This document shows positions 42,035-55,595 of a stretch of DNA of 64,000 nucleotides, one piece after another. Where the stretch lies: positions 204,290,001 to 204,354,000 of the forward strand of contig OX597815.1 in assembly GCA_951406725.2 (NCBI GenBank). The letters run 5' to 3'. The number at the start of each line of letters is the position of its first letter. The stretch's first letter is position 1. Below the pieces are notes generated by a model. It searched no databases. It saw nothing but the letters and a program-made list of their open reading frames with translations, and was not told the DNA's origin. This DNA comes from Octopus vulgaris. Taxonomy: Eukaryota. The position numbers and the translations under genes were made by a program.

Positions 42035-42244
42035 GGTGGCGAGCTGGCTGAAATGCTTAGCGGTATTTCGTCTGCCGCTACGTTCGAGTTCAAATTCCGC
42101 TGAGGTCGACTTTGCCTTTCATCCTTTCGGGGTCGATAAATTAAGTACCAGTTACGCACTGGGGTCGATGTAATCGACTTAATACCTATGTCTGTCCTTG
42201 CCTGTCCCCTCTGCGTTTAGCCCCTTGTGGACAATAAAGAAATA
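42035..42244 (+). mobile_element. SINE family B monomer
   Basis: TSD GATATTTACCGTACT at 42016-42030 and 42245-42259. Confidence 0.9.
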
Positions 42245-42891
42245 GATATTTACCGTACTGTAGTCCATATATGAAGAGCTTTTTTGGCTTTGATGTTGTA
42301 TGTCCTGCTGCTAAGATGATTTTTAGTTGTCTATGCAATGATATTTTTTAATATTTTTAAATCACAAATGTTTGTGATTTTGTCTTCTGGATTGTTTAAA
42401 AGAATGTGCTGTTCATTACGAAGATTTATAGATTGTTCAACAAAGATAAATTTTAATTTATTTTTGCTATTGGCAGAGTTTGTTATATTTATATCTTATA
42501 GTCCTTCTGCAATTAATGCATAATTTATTCATAATTCTTTATGGTAATGGGTTTAATTTTCATCGATATTGATATTTTAAAGAAGTATTAATACACCGTC
42601 TTCAACAGTTAATGACCGTTGGTGAACAATTTATAATGTTTCAATGTAATGTTTTGAATGGAGATGAAGTGTGGAAATGATCTGAGGAAAATTAATCAAG
42701 TGTAAGAACATGTGTGGCAGTTGCTATTCTTTGTTCCATTACTGGTTATGTATTCAGATTGTTGCCGCTAAATATCTTGTGTTATTATGAATTATTTTTC
42801 TTCGAGTAAGTTATGAAATATGTATTTGCTACCAATAAGTATCATTGACTGTTAGGGAAAGAAGGGCAATGAATTAATGAAATTGTAGAAA

Positions 42892-43197
42892 TCTTTATAT
42901 ATAAAATTGAAGTTGTGTGTGTGAGACTCTGTCTCCTCCGATTTAGATTCCTAACTACTCCCACATTTTGCGGTGCAGTTTAACCAAAAGCGGGTATCTT
43001 ATAGTCGTCATTCATATCGAGCTCTTCTGGGTATTAACGCGCGTCTACGATGAGTTTACGATTTTTAAAAAAATTACCATCATTTTTCCGCATTTTTAAT
43101 GATTTTTGCTCGGGTTATATAAGGGAAGTAACTCTCTAAAAATGCTTATATAGTTATTTCCCTTACAACCCCGAGCAACGCCGGGCGATACTGCTAG
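42892..43197 (+). mobile_element. Non-autonomous Helitron
   Basis: A|TC...CCCGAGCAACGCCGGG hairpin...CTAG|T. Confidence 0.88.
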
Positions 43198-43489
43198 TGA
43201 AATATAAGAATATTAGAATTCATAATTGACTTAGAAGAGATGAATGATATTTATATTTACATGAGTGAGTAACTGTCTGGATATATGCTGGTGTTTGGGC
43301 TGTAGTTGATCATAGGTCATTTTAGATGGTCTTTATGATAGTTGGTACTCATTGGTTTGCCTTCTGAAAGAGCTAATAAATGGATAAAGTCTATTCAAAT
43401 GTCTATATTATAATAGAAACCTGGAAATAGTTTTATTATTTCCACATTGATGAAATCAGCATCAACATTTTTGTGTGCCAAAACAACAA

Positions 43490-44600
43490 TTTCTAAAACT
43501 TTTTCTGGCTCTGCAATGCATTCTTATAGAAAACCAAGGAAATGAGGTCATTAAAATCATGAACAATGTTACATCCCTGGAGTATAATAATTTCATCATT
43601 TGCTTCTTCTACAACAGAACCATTTCCTACACGAAGTATAAGTTGCTGAACTGAATTTGGTTGTTTTGATCTTCTGAATTCTGTGTATATGATTTTAGTC
43701 GCATATTTTTTCATCTGAAGTTTTTTACATGCTTCTATAAAGATGAATTATTAATCTGTGGTCTTCTGCCATGTTTAATGACAGCTAATATTTGTCGAAG
43801 ACTCCCACCGAAAATTATTACTTTTCCACTAAACAGAACATGTTCAAACCTAGGGTCAACTGTTTTCATAAGATCTCTTAATATTCTATCCAATGCCTCT
43901 GCGAGGAAGCGGTGAGACATAGGAAGTTCATCCCAAATTATAACATCAGCCTGAATAATATAAGTTGCTTTGTCACTCTGTATGGATACATTACATATGG
44001 CACCATTAACTGGATTGAAGGGAAAGCAGAAAGCGGAATGAGCTGTGGTACCCCCATTAAGTAGCAATGAGCTATAGCAGATGATTCAGTGGCTATTGCA
44101 ATATTTCCTTCTTTGCAGACGTAGGAAAGAATGATACTATAGAGAAACGTTTTACCTGACCCACCCGGTCCATCAATAAAGAAAGTAAGTTTTAGCAGTA
44201 AGAATCTTGTGACTGTGAATATCTGCTTTTGAATTGTGAATTGCCTCTTTAATGATCTGGAATGATACCTATTGACCACAATTTGATTTTTTGACACTTT
44301 CATCGAAGAAACTCATTTGTTCAATCTGTGGAAAATTTCTAAGATCTTGCAGAATGACTGGATTGCCTGTACTAATGTTGAAAATATTCATGTTTGGTGT
44401 ACTCAGTGGCAGTGGGGTGGGATTGTTTCATGCCGAACCATTTTCTCTTAAAATAAGTTCAATTTTTTGTAATGTATTTTCTCGCATGCTATCATTGAAA
44501 TCTACTTCTAAAGCAGTCATTTCATCTTCTGAAAGCTTCTTTCAAACGCTGTAAATATGTGTCAGGTTCTGACACATATTTACTAGAAAACATGCAACAT
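43490..44600 (-). mobile_element. Helitron RepHel Pif1-helicase fragment, pseudogenised
   Basis: FFIDGPGGSGKTFLY (Walker A), GGTTAHSAF, VIIWDELPM, FSGKVIIFGGSLRQILAVI; frameshifted. Confidence 0.88.
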
Positions 44601-44947
44601 GAAGCGCCAGAAAGCGTAAATGGAATTGCTTAAAGATTGTATATTATTTTAAAAGCGATGAAAAATCACTGCTTAAACACTGCCAATATCTATATAGACG
44701 GATCATCTCCGATAATTAAATAGATATTGTAATCTTAGAAAAGAAGTATATTTACCTTTGTTAATAGCAATAAAATATTAATTCTTATTATTCTTATAAT
44801 TATGATAAATGGTGCTGAAAGAATGCATTAGTCTAAAATAGAAAAATTTAAAGCAGATACCTAGAAGATGAAATACTACAAAACAATTAATAACAGAACG
44901 TGCATTTAATATTTAAAAAACAATGATGAATTATGATATATAGTCTT

Positions 44948-45160
44948 TTCTACTCTAGGATCAAGGCCCGAAATTTTGGGGGAGTTGAGAGGCAGTCGAC
45001 TAGACCAAGCTCAGTGCATAACTGGTACTTAATTTATCGACCCCGAAAGGATGAAAGGCAAAGTTGACCCCGGCGTGTTTTGAACTCAGAACATGAAGAC
45101 AGACGAAATACTGCTTAGCGTTTGGCCCGGCGTGCTAACGATTCTGCCAATTCGCCGTCG
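44948..45160 (-). mobile_element. SINE B subfamily with a different 3' tail
   Basis: Family B head and core, but the tail reads TCTACTCTAGG...GGCCCGAAATTTTGGGG on the + strand. Confidence 0.8.
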
Positions 45161-45394
45161 AATTAAGATATATCAACTGAAAAAATAACACACAAGTAAA
45201 CATAAACTTTAATGAAAACAATTCTTTCTACGGAGGAACAATAAAAACAAAATATTATTAGTATTAAAGAAACTGAGAGTAAACATTATGCAATAAATAT
45301 TTTTAGATGTCTTACATCATGAAAGCAAATCAAATTGTGTGAATAGATGGTAAAACTGATCCGTAAAAATTTCAAATAGCGTTGGTAATTTTTG

Positions 45395-45536
45395 TCTTGG
45401 CGCCGGCTTCCTTGGCGAATAGGTTCCCCACCTGGATGCAGGAGGAAAGAGTGAGAGAAAGTTGTGGCGAAAGAGTCAGCAGAAGTTCGCCATTACCTTC
45501 TGCCGGAGCCGCGTAAAGCTTAGGTGTTTCGCTCAT

Positions 45537-45537
<1 letters not shown>
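45395..45537 (-). mobile_element. SINE C-related fragment
   Basis: TCTGCCGGAGCC...TTAGGTGTTTCGCTCA is similar to 15915-15955. Confidence 0.6.
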
Positions 45538-45590
<53 letters not shown>

Positions 45591-45739
45591 TACATAACAG
45601 CCTACTAACAACAATACCTGTGTATATATAATTAGGGTATTGGGGTATGATTACCTTCTACGTATATTTCCTATTTGGTACTGGGAATGTTTCATTTATG
45701 AGGCCGTACTCCTGTATTTGTCTGAACAGGCTTACCCTT

Positions 45740-47385
45740 CAACAAAAAGGTGTGTATCCCATCACAGATTGACAATGAAATAGAGGTAAAGATTTCCTTA
45801 GCTAGAAATAGACTTCGACAAATCTTAGACCGGTACAACAAAACCACTAAAGAACAATGAGGGGGAGACCCACCAACTCAGATCATCTGTTGCCAAAGGC
45901 CTACAAAAACTGAAACAGCGAATTAGGAACAGGGAATTAGTGTGCCTTCCTACGGACAAGTCTGGCAGACTGTCAATAAACAGCCAACAGAACTATGTCC
46001 AGACCATGCAACAACACATCAGTAGCATGAGAGAGCTGCACCACATGAACATGAGAAAACTCCTCAATGTACACATGGATATGGGGGGCATACACATGGA
46101 TATGGGGTGCAACATACTCCGACCCAAGAAACAGACTGCACAAAATTTCCAAGCATTCAACAACGATGTTCCTATGATATAGGGTTATGCAAAGATCATA
46201 AACCCTACGTCAACGATGTTATGGGGCGAACATTTCCAGCAGTTATGGGCTTTCCTACTGCTTCACACAGGTGTTATGGCCACTCATTAAAATGTCCCCA
46301 GATGCCTGTGTGAGCACGGAGGATCCCTTCAGTAGAATCAATAGTTGCAACCACTCCAACGACCTCATAGATTGTGTAGGGGTAGTATGGATGAAGTTTC
46401 ACTCTACCTATCTATAGACAGATTATTTTTCTGTGGAAAAATGCATTGAGATTATCTGTAGGAGTGAAATGGAGTTCCGTGAAGTCAACACGAGGTAACT
46501 GGGCCTCCTCCTTAAACTAAGCTATGACTGTAACTAACTAGATAACCATGACCTTAGTGGATTTTGCCCCACCAGGTCACAGAAGGGAAGACTACCCACC
46601 GGCAGTGAAGAAAAGCACCGCAGAGTGCTGGATGGGCTGTATCATACCCACCCAGGGTCCTGAGAGCAACAGTCAGGTGAAAAGAATGATTGCACATAAG
46701 GCGGCGAGCTGGCAGAAACGTTAGCACACCAGGCGAAATGCTTAGCGGTAATTCGTCTGTGCCGTTACGTTGTGAGTTCAAATTCCGCCGAGATCGACTT
46801 TGCCTTTCATTCTTTCGGGGTGGGTGGATAAATTAAGTACCAGTTACGCACTGGGGTCGGTGTAATCGACTTAATCCCTTTGTCCCCTCTATGTTTTTCC
46901 CCTTTGTCCCCTCTATGTTTAGCCCCTTGTGGGCAATAAAGAAATAAGAATGATTGCAAATGCAATCAGCGCTATCATAAGAACCACCTTGAAGAACTAC
47001 ATAGTAAAGTTTAACAGGAAAATATTCATGCAAGTTCAAGGTGCAGCCATTAGTGTCGGTGTGGCTGGAGATGTGACCAGCCTTTTCATGATCTGGTGGA
47101 ACAGAAAACTAAAACAAACCTTAGCGGAATTATCCACAACGGTTTTGCTTTACTATTGATATGTAGATGACATTAATATTCTACTTAGAACAACCTCTAG
47201 TAGCTGTAATGTAGAAACCAAAATCAACATAACGGAGAGCATCCAGCACGTAGCTAACTCCATCCATCCAAATATCAAGGTAACTATAGATTACCCCACT
47301 TGGCACCCTAACAATGGACTCCCTGTCCTTGATACTGAACTTTGGTTAGAGACTGAAGAGCAGAATGCAGCTCCTCCACTCCTAT
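45740..47385 (+). mobile_element. Decayed PLE reverse transcriptase region
   Basis: CLPTDKSGRL, GLCKDHKP, KFNRKIFMQVQGAAI, YVDDINI; many stops; interrupted by a SINE. Confidence 0.75.
46700..46945 (+). mobile_element. SINE family B monomer
   Basis: TSD AAGAATGATTGCA at 46682-46694 and 46946-46958. Confidence 0.9.
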
Positions 47386-47432
<47 letters not shown>

Positions 47433-47457
47433 GTACGTAGGTAGGTAGGTAGGTAGG

Positions 47458-47550
<93 letters not shown>

Positions 47551-47802
47551 CTCTGTGTATATGCTTTGAAACAAAGCACAGTAACATGAAATAATGCAAT
47601 GCAAAAACCAAATTGGAGTAGGGTATAAATATATTTATTCCGGGTGAAATACAGTGATCAGCAATAAAGTTTCTGCTTCGTGGTTGATCACTGTGAGTTA
47701 AAATTTATATACCTAAATACTATGAACATACAAGCATACATTCATATACACATATACGTATGTGTGTATGTATACATGCATATACCTATGTGTATGTGTG
47801 TA

Positions 47803-47843
<41 letters not shown>

Positions 47844-48344
47844 GTACATACATACGTACGTACATACATACATACGTACGTACGTACATACATACATCTA
47901 CATACATACGTACATACATACATACATACATACATACATACATACATACGTACATACATATATACATACATAGGTACGTACATACATACACACATACATA
48001 CACACATACATACATACATACATACATACGTGTCAGTGTGTGTATCTGAAAACATAAAAAAAAGATTATGCTAAATACAATGGGCACCAAAAACTGGGAA
48101 GCAAGCTTATTCAGGGTTCACAAAAGTCGGTTACCTCAATTTCAGCGTAACAGGCGTTAGAATGCCTTTCTTTTGATGTTGAGAAATCCAATTTAAAATT
48201 GTAAAATGATTGCAGTGTTCCAGAACCATTTGATATGATTTGTACTTTAATGAAATTATCTTCAGATCTCTCTCACAATTTAATAAAGAATAATGGATTT
48301 TTCTAATAATGAACTAGTTAGTATTACCCGGCATCAAGATTGAC

Positions 48345-48621
48345 TGACAGAGAGGGAGAGGGAGAGAGAGAAAGAGTGACAGAGAAAGTGTGTCTGAAAA
48401 TGTCAGAGAGTGTCCAGAGAGTGCCAGAGCGAGGTGAGTTGAGGGAGAAGTGAGGGAGATAGATACAGAGAGTGAGACAGAGAGAGAGAGACATAGAGAG
48501 AGAGATAGACAGAGAGAGGAAGGGTAAAGAGATTGAAGGAAAGTAATTGAAAGAAAATATTGATAGAGACCGAGTAAAGAGAGAGTGACTGACAAGGGAA
48601 GAAGGTCAGTGCGAGATAGTT

Positions 48622-48694
<73 letters not shown>

Positions 48695-49165
48695 AGAGAA
48701 TAAAGAGAGAGGGAGGTAGAACGAAGAAGGGAAAGCCAAGGAAAAGAGGGGGATGTGAGAGGAGAAAGTAATAGATTGAAAGAGATCTTGAGGCGCAAAG
48801 AATTAGGAAGATAGTGAAAGAGAACAAGAGAGCGAGAGGGAGAGAGAGAGAGAGAGAGAGAGAGACAGTGGGGAAAGAGAAAGGAAAAGAGCGGAAGAGG
48901 GAGACAGAGAAAGAAAGAGAGAAATTAGCTTAAAATATACAATGAGAGAATATAATTGAGATGGAGCGAGTGAGGAAGGAAATATGAAGAATGAAAACGA
49001 AGCAGAGAGTGGAAGAGAAAAAGAGATGGTGAGAAAGAAAGAGAAAGACAAAGGCAAAGAGAATGAGAGAGGGGGAGTGAAAGGGGCAGAGAGAGAGAGA
49101 GAGCTAGGAAGAGAGTGGGGGAAGTTGAAATATAGAGGAGATAAAAGACGAAACATAGGAGAGTA
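48345..49165. repeat. GA-rich low-complexity polypurine tract
   Basis: Read directly. Confidence 0.8.
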
Positions 49166-49207
49166 ATATAGACACGCGTGTGTATGCATTGGTGAGTAAA
49201 CCTGTAC

Positions 49208-49252
<45 letters not shown>

Positions 49253-49539
49253 TGTGCGTGCGTGTTTGTGTGTGTGTGTGTGTTTATGTGAGTATGTTAA
49301 TACATGTCTTTAATTGACAATATGAAGGAAACTATTGTTATTTGACCGTCACAAGTTGTGTATATCCATAGAGTTTTAAAGATAATCGCTAACTATTGAA
49401 ACGGCAGACTAATTCCGAAAGTAGCGAAAGAATTGCTTTCACTATTCTTCTGTCCATTATCACACAGCTTGCTTCATGACTGTGGTATGTATGGTTCTGT
49501 ATATTCATACGTGTATATATATATATATATATATATATA

Positions 49540-49692
49540 GGGAGAGTTTACGAATAAAAACAAAAGACGAAGACAGGTGATGTACAAAACAAACAGATGT
49601 ATTAGTATAACGCTCAGGGATAGAAAAAGTCTTTTACGTTTCGAGCCTACGCTCTTCTACAGAAAGATACACAGAAAAAACAAGGAGGGAAA
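49540..49692 (-). mobile_element. PLE pseudo-LTR fragment with hammerhead-like motif
   Basis: Reverse complement of ~9520-9670; motif at 49630-49667; lies between (TA)n runs. Confidence 0.7.
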
Positions 49693-49693
49693 C

Positions 49694-49729
<36 letters not shown>

Positions 49730-49730
49730 G

Positions 49731-52545
49731 TGATGGACTCTCCGTCGTTTTCGACGTATGAGGGTCCAACAACGTACTCTTTCTTCGTCAGTCGTAATGC
49801 TCATGTCGAATGTGACATTTAAGTCCCGTCAACAATTTGCAAACAAGGCCACAGATGATGCATGCATAAGGATTACAGATCAAAGCAGGAGGTATATTTG
49901 CAGCCGCTTTTAACCTTTGCCTTGCATCCTGAAGCCTGTTAATGCCAGTTGCGACAAAGTTTCTAATGCCATTTTGACACAACGATCTACATTTTGTTCG
50001 TTCCAAGGCTGTTCGCTCAAAGCTGTTGTGAGCTATCTCCATCTCTGAAAGGTTACTCTTCAGCTTGTCCTTATATCTGAGCCATGGTCGACCAACATTC
50101 CTGTGCCCACTCTTAAGCTGGCTGTACATGAGGACTTGGTATATTCTTCCGTCACACATTCTGACGACATGGCCAGCCCAGCGCAATTGTGATTGCATAA
50201 GGAAGCGCTCGATTCCACCAATTTTACACTTGCTAAACAGGTCGACATTAAAAATTCTGTCTTTTAGTGAATAACTGCAGATTGTTCTCAGACAACCTTT
50301 GTGGAAGATGTCTAGTTGGTTAATGTGTCATCTATAGGGTATCCCCGATTCTGAGCCATACAAGAGAGTAGTAAGAATAACAGCTTTATAGACCTGTACT
50401 TTGGTGTCAAGTTTGATACCCCCTTCATTCTATAGGCGATGACGGAGTTTGCCAAATGCGTTGGTTGCCTTTGCGAGACGGATAACGATTTCTTCCTCAA
50501 GGGAAGCGCTCGAATTCACTTTACTACCAAGATATGTAAATGACTTCACATAATTTATGCTTTCCCATTAATCTGTATAGGAGCGTCAGGACAATTGTGA
50601 ACCGGTGGCCTTTGCTTGACGCCTCGAATTTGTTTAGCAGTAGAGCAAAGTCTTCTTTATGCTGGTGGTCAAACCAAAGGCTTCACATGCAGCAGAAAAC
50701 CGGTCTAGAAGTTCTTGAGCTTCCTCTAACGAGGTCGCTACTAGTGCAGCATCATCTGCAAAAAGTAGATCACGAATGATACTGGTGCGAAACAATGGTC
50801 TGGCTTTGAAAGCTGATGATTGAATAGACCACCACTTGTTCGAAACTGGAATTTGACACCACTTTGTATGTCGCCAAAAGCATACCACGACATCACAGAA
50901 AAGAAGAGTGCAAACGAAACAGGGCTCCATAACACAACCTTACTTTGTGCCGTTTGTAACGTCGAAAGAAGCCGAAGATTCCCGACTAGGCACGACAGCA
51001 ACCTTCATTCCCTCATGAAACGATAACATTCAACATTTTGTCAGGTATACCAAGCTTTTTAGAACTTTCCATAGTGCTTGCCGGTTAACTGTGTCGAAGA
51101 CCATAATAAGGTCAACGAATACCATGAACAACTCTTAAATTTTCTCACGTACCTTCTCCGTAACTTGGCGATGGAAAAAGATAATATCAATAGTGTCGTG
51201 ACCAGAGCAAAATCTGCACTGGGATTCTGGATAGATATCATTTACAATGTGTTTGATGATCCTGTCAAGAATGAGTTCGAGCAAGAATATTACCAGCAAC
51301 AGACAGAAGCGATATCCCACAATTAATATCACAGATACTTCTGTTTCCTTTGTTCTTATAAAGATGTTGAACTGAAGCATCATTGAAGTCCAGCGGTAGA
51401 CGGTCTGCCATTCAGATATTTATGAAGAGGTCATGTAATTTCTTAAAAAGCTTCTGTCCATCATGCTTGTAGATTTCAGAAGAGACACAGCAGCCTTGCC
51501 AGGCGCTTTACCAGAAGAGATCTTTTTAATAATAGAATTTATCACTTCCAGTAACGTTGGCTCCAGAGACTGTTTTGGTATTTCATCATCAGTGACTGAG
51601 GTGGAGTTCAACACGGCTTCGAAGTGGTCTTTCCATCGTTTCTGAATATCAAATTTGTCAGTCAAATTTGTCTATTGGATGAAAATATAGGAGTAACACC
51701 GTGCTTTTTAGGACCATGCACTTTGTTGAGGCCAGCATAAAAGGCTTTAGAATCCTTTCTGTCTGCAGCTTCTTGGAGTTCAGTAGCCTTGGCAGACCAC
51801 CAGTCTCCATCTGTCTGAAAGCACGTTGGATCTGGCTTCTGCATTTCTTAGAAACATTCTCTTTTCTGAATGAGCTCTTATCACTTATCCATGTTTTGTG
51901 AGAGCTGTGCATTTTATCTATAAACTGTTGGACATCGGTGTTGTTATCGCCGAACCAATCTTGATGTTTACGAACAGGGAGTCCAAGAACCTCGACAGAT
52001 ACAGAGTGCGTTGCATCACGCAAAGTCTTCCAAGTTGATTCTATGTCATCATTGATATCAACAGTGTTGAGTGCATTGTCCAGCTTGATAGAGAGCTGAG
52101 CTTGCTTTTCAACAGTTTCCAAAGGTAGAATGTTAATGTGCTTAGGCACTGATGACTCTTGTAGTCTTATGTGTTTCAAATGGAACATAGCATTACTACG
52201 GAGAAGTCGGAGAGATAGCTGGTGTTATGAAAGCAACGTGTAATGTTAAAGTCCTTAATATCTCGTTTTTTTAGTGATAACATAATCTATGAGATGCCAA
52301 TCCTTAGATTTAGGATGCATCTAGGTCGTCTTGCAACAACTTCGCTGTTGAAAAAAAAGTATTTGTGATGCTTAGATTGAATTTCCTGTAGAGGGAGAGC
52401 ACATGCAGACAGACCGATGAAGTTCATTCGACCTACACATTGTGACCCTCCCATGCCTAATAGTCAGTACCAACACCAGCGTTAAAGTCACCCATAAAAA
52501 TAAGCTTATCCCTATGGTGACAACTGGAGATGACATCACGGAGTT
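49731..52545 (-). mobile_element. RTE-clade LINE, decayed (APE and RT)
   Basis: DKLIFMGDFNA, MHPKSKDWHLIDYVI, RKHQDWF, YPESQC.F, DLLFADDAAL, QLRWAGHVVRM, GRPWLRYKDKLK, CIICG zinc finger. Confidence 0.93.
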
Positions 52546-53090
52546 GGTAGTAAAATTCATATACAAACAATTATAAATAAGGGTAAAAGAAAATTTTTTC
52601 TTTGCCAATATGCTGAAAAATAGACGCTCAATCGTCTAACCACATGAAATATTTTCACTATGTGTCGAGGCTTGCTACGGAATTTCTACTTGGATATATT
52701 TGGAGTATTTGAATGTAGTCATGATTTTGCGTCTGCTTTGCTGTGGGTATGTCTATATATTTCATTTATTTTCATTTTGTGTTCCTTGCTGATGAAGGGA
52801 AAAATCCTTTTGGATTAATCAACAAATCGGAACCGATTCGGGGATAACTAAATTTTTATGAATTTCTGTTAGCTTGCTTTCCTCGTTTTGACACATAGTG
52901 TAATAATACAGTGAAAATAATGTATGTGTTTAGACGATTTAGCGTCTATTTTTCAGTATATTGGCAAGGAAATTTTTTTTCTTTTTGCCTTTATTTATAA
53001 TTGCTTTCATAATTTCACCTTAAAAGGTATTTTTCATATGTTGGCCACTGATAGAATTTTTAAATAAAATTTTATCCCTGTATTAGAAGT
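52545..53090. repeat. Inverted repeat element
   Basis: ~52548-52660 is the reverse complement of ~52910-53020. Confidence 0.7.
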
Positions 53091-53246
53091 ATACATATAT
53101 ATAAATTGCTTATTACTAGTTTGTTTTTTACTCTTGTTTTTTTTTTTGTGGGAGTTGTTGCCTAAGGAGACATCCTTGCAGTAAGTGGCAACTCACACAA
53201 GTTGCTTGATTGATCTGGTGATGAGAGGGGTTACGTGAACAACGTG

Positions 53247-53838
53247 AGCAAGCTGGAAGATATAGTTCTCTAGGTAGGGAATTAAAGAAAAAAAGAGAGA
53301 AAACAGCATGTTTTTTCAGAGATGACCACACTCAACTGCAAAAGATATCTTAAGCATGCATGCGTATTATTGTAATACATTGCTATATTAGAAAAAAGGA
53401 ATTAATCTATCGGGGGTAAAAAATCAAGCTTACTGTTGAAAAGTTTCGAAGTTCTTCAGGCCAACGTAGGATAGATGGGCAAGAAGAGGGATAGAGAAAG
53501 CGAGAGAGACAGAGAGGGGGGACGGAGGAGCATAAAGCTATCTAGACAGTGACTTTCGAACCAGCAAGCTGGAAGATATAGTTCTCTAGGTAGTGAATTA
53601 AAGAGAAAAGAGAAAACGGCATGTTTTTCCAAACATGAACACACTAGTCTACAAAAGTTATCTTAAGCATGTATGCGTATCATAGTAATATATTACTATG
53701 TTAATTCAGTACCTAGAGAACTATATCTTCCAGCTTGGTGGACCGTAAGTCACTGTCCAGACAGCCTTATGCTCCTCCATCTCTCACTCTCACTCTCGCT
53801 TTTTCTATCCCTCTCCTTCTCCGTCTCCCTAACGTTGC
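53247..53838. repeat. Combined direct and inverted repeat structure
   Basis: Direct 53247-53390 vs 53563-53703; inverted 53462-53600 vs 53701-53838. Confidence 0.75.
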
Positions 53839-54109
53839 ACATGTAAGGATACACATCATAGAAGAACAAAATAGTATAAGCAGAGCAAGAGCACGCACGA
53901 AGATGGAAAGTGTCGCTGCGGAGGTCACATATGCGTAACGAAATATTTCTGGGCAATGGACATGAGTTAGAATAGGAACAGTAATAAACGAGTGAAGAAC
54001 GAATATATAGTGCCTGTGTTTATTTAGCCCAAAAATATGACTGTCTCGATATACAATATCTGTTACAACACACGACTCCACATCAGGAATCTTGCAACAG
54101 AAATTTCAT

Positions 54110-54160
<51 letters not shown>

Positions 54161-55040
54161 TGCGCGTAGATTCTTTTGAGTGAGTATACATATTTTACAT
54201 AGAGAACATGCTACTCAAAACTTCAACAAATAGAGTGTGTTATTTTATAAGCATTTTACTAACAGAATTATCCTTATCCTGTTTCGATCGTTTGCAACTA
54301 TGTTCACAAGTGATTCTATTCAGCGTGAACGCTAAACTGTTAAATGTATATCTTTTTCTTCCTGGAGCTAAGGAAGTGTAATGTTAAAGTAGATACAGAA
54401 TTCAATAAAGGTGTAAGGTGTGACCTGGAAGGGAGTAAGTCCTTGGCCTGCTGTCGGCAATCAAATCGCATTGCAATAATCCGATCAATGTATTTTCAAA
54501 TTTAACGGACGAGTGCTAAAATATAAGAAATCTTTAAGAATAGAATCTGAAATAAATTGTATGAATATTTTTAAATTGACCAGCGTTCATGTTATAAAGG
54601 TTAAGTTCAAACTGTAATTATATTCTATAAAATCAAATTAAAGAATATTGAAGATAATTATCGTTAGGATTTAACCATTTTAGCTTCACCCTTGGTCAAT
54701 ATAAGAATATTCTAACATTTTAATTCAGGTTATATTTCTTATACCTTTAGCACTCAATCATTAAATTTAATCCGTTTGCTTCAATGGAATTTGGTTTGGT
54801 TGGGAACCATGACACGAGAATAGGTCAAAGCCGTGTCTCCTACTTCACACTCTACTTAATTTCCACTTCTTCTGCAGCCATTGTTTAACATTGTATGGCT
54901 TTGTTACCTCTAACATCCATCCAGCAACAAGTGATATATTTAGCATTTCTAAAGAATATAATCAATGGCTAAGAATATGATCACCAGGGATCGAAGCGGG
55001 ATTAACATCGCAAACCAGTCTCTTCCCTGCCAAAAGAATA

Positions 55041-55595
55041 ATGTATGAATGTATGTATGCATGTATGTATGTATGCATGTATGTATGCATGTATGTATGT
55101 ATGCATGTATGTATGCATGTATGTATGTATGTATGTATGTATGTATGTATGTATGTATGTATGTATGTATGTATGTATGTATGCATGTATGTATGCATGT
55201 ATGTATGCATGTATGTATGTATGCATGTATGTATGTATGCATGTATGTATGTATGTATGTATGTATGTATGTATGTATGTATGTATGTATGCATGTATGT
55301 ATGCATGTATGTATGTATGTATGTATGTATGCATGTATGTATGTATGCATGTATGTATGTATGCATGTATGTATGCATGTATGTATGTATGCATGGATGT
55401 ATGCATGTATGTATGTATGTATGTATGTATGTATGTATGTATGCATGTATGTATGTATGCATGTATGTATGTATGCATGTATGTATGTATGCATGTATGT
55501 ATGCATGTATGTATGTATGTATGTATGTATGCATGTATGCATGTATGTATGTGCATGTATATATGCATGTATGTATGTATGCATGTATGTATGCC
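55041..55595. repeat. (ATGT)n/(ATGC) microsatellite, ~550 bp
   Basis: Read directly. Confidence 0.95.

Noticed and set aside
43735-44303. Host PIF1 gene
   Set aside because: Frameshifted, intronless and of Helitron-type motif pattern; treated as a transposon relic
52785-52850. CTGATGA inside the 52.5-53.0 kb inverted repeat as a hammerhead
   Set aside because: No GAAA follows the putative stem II; at best a dead relic
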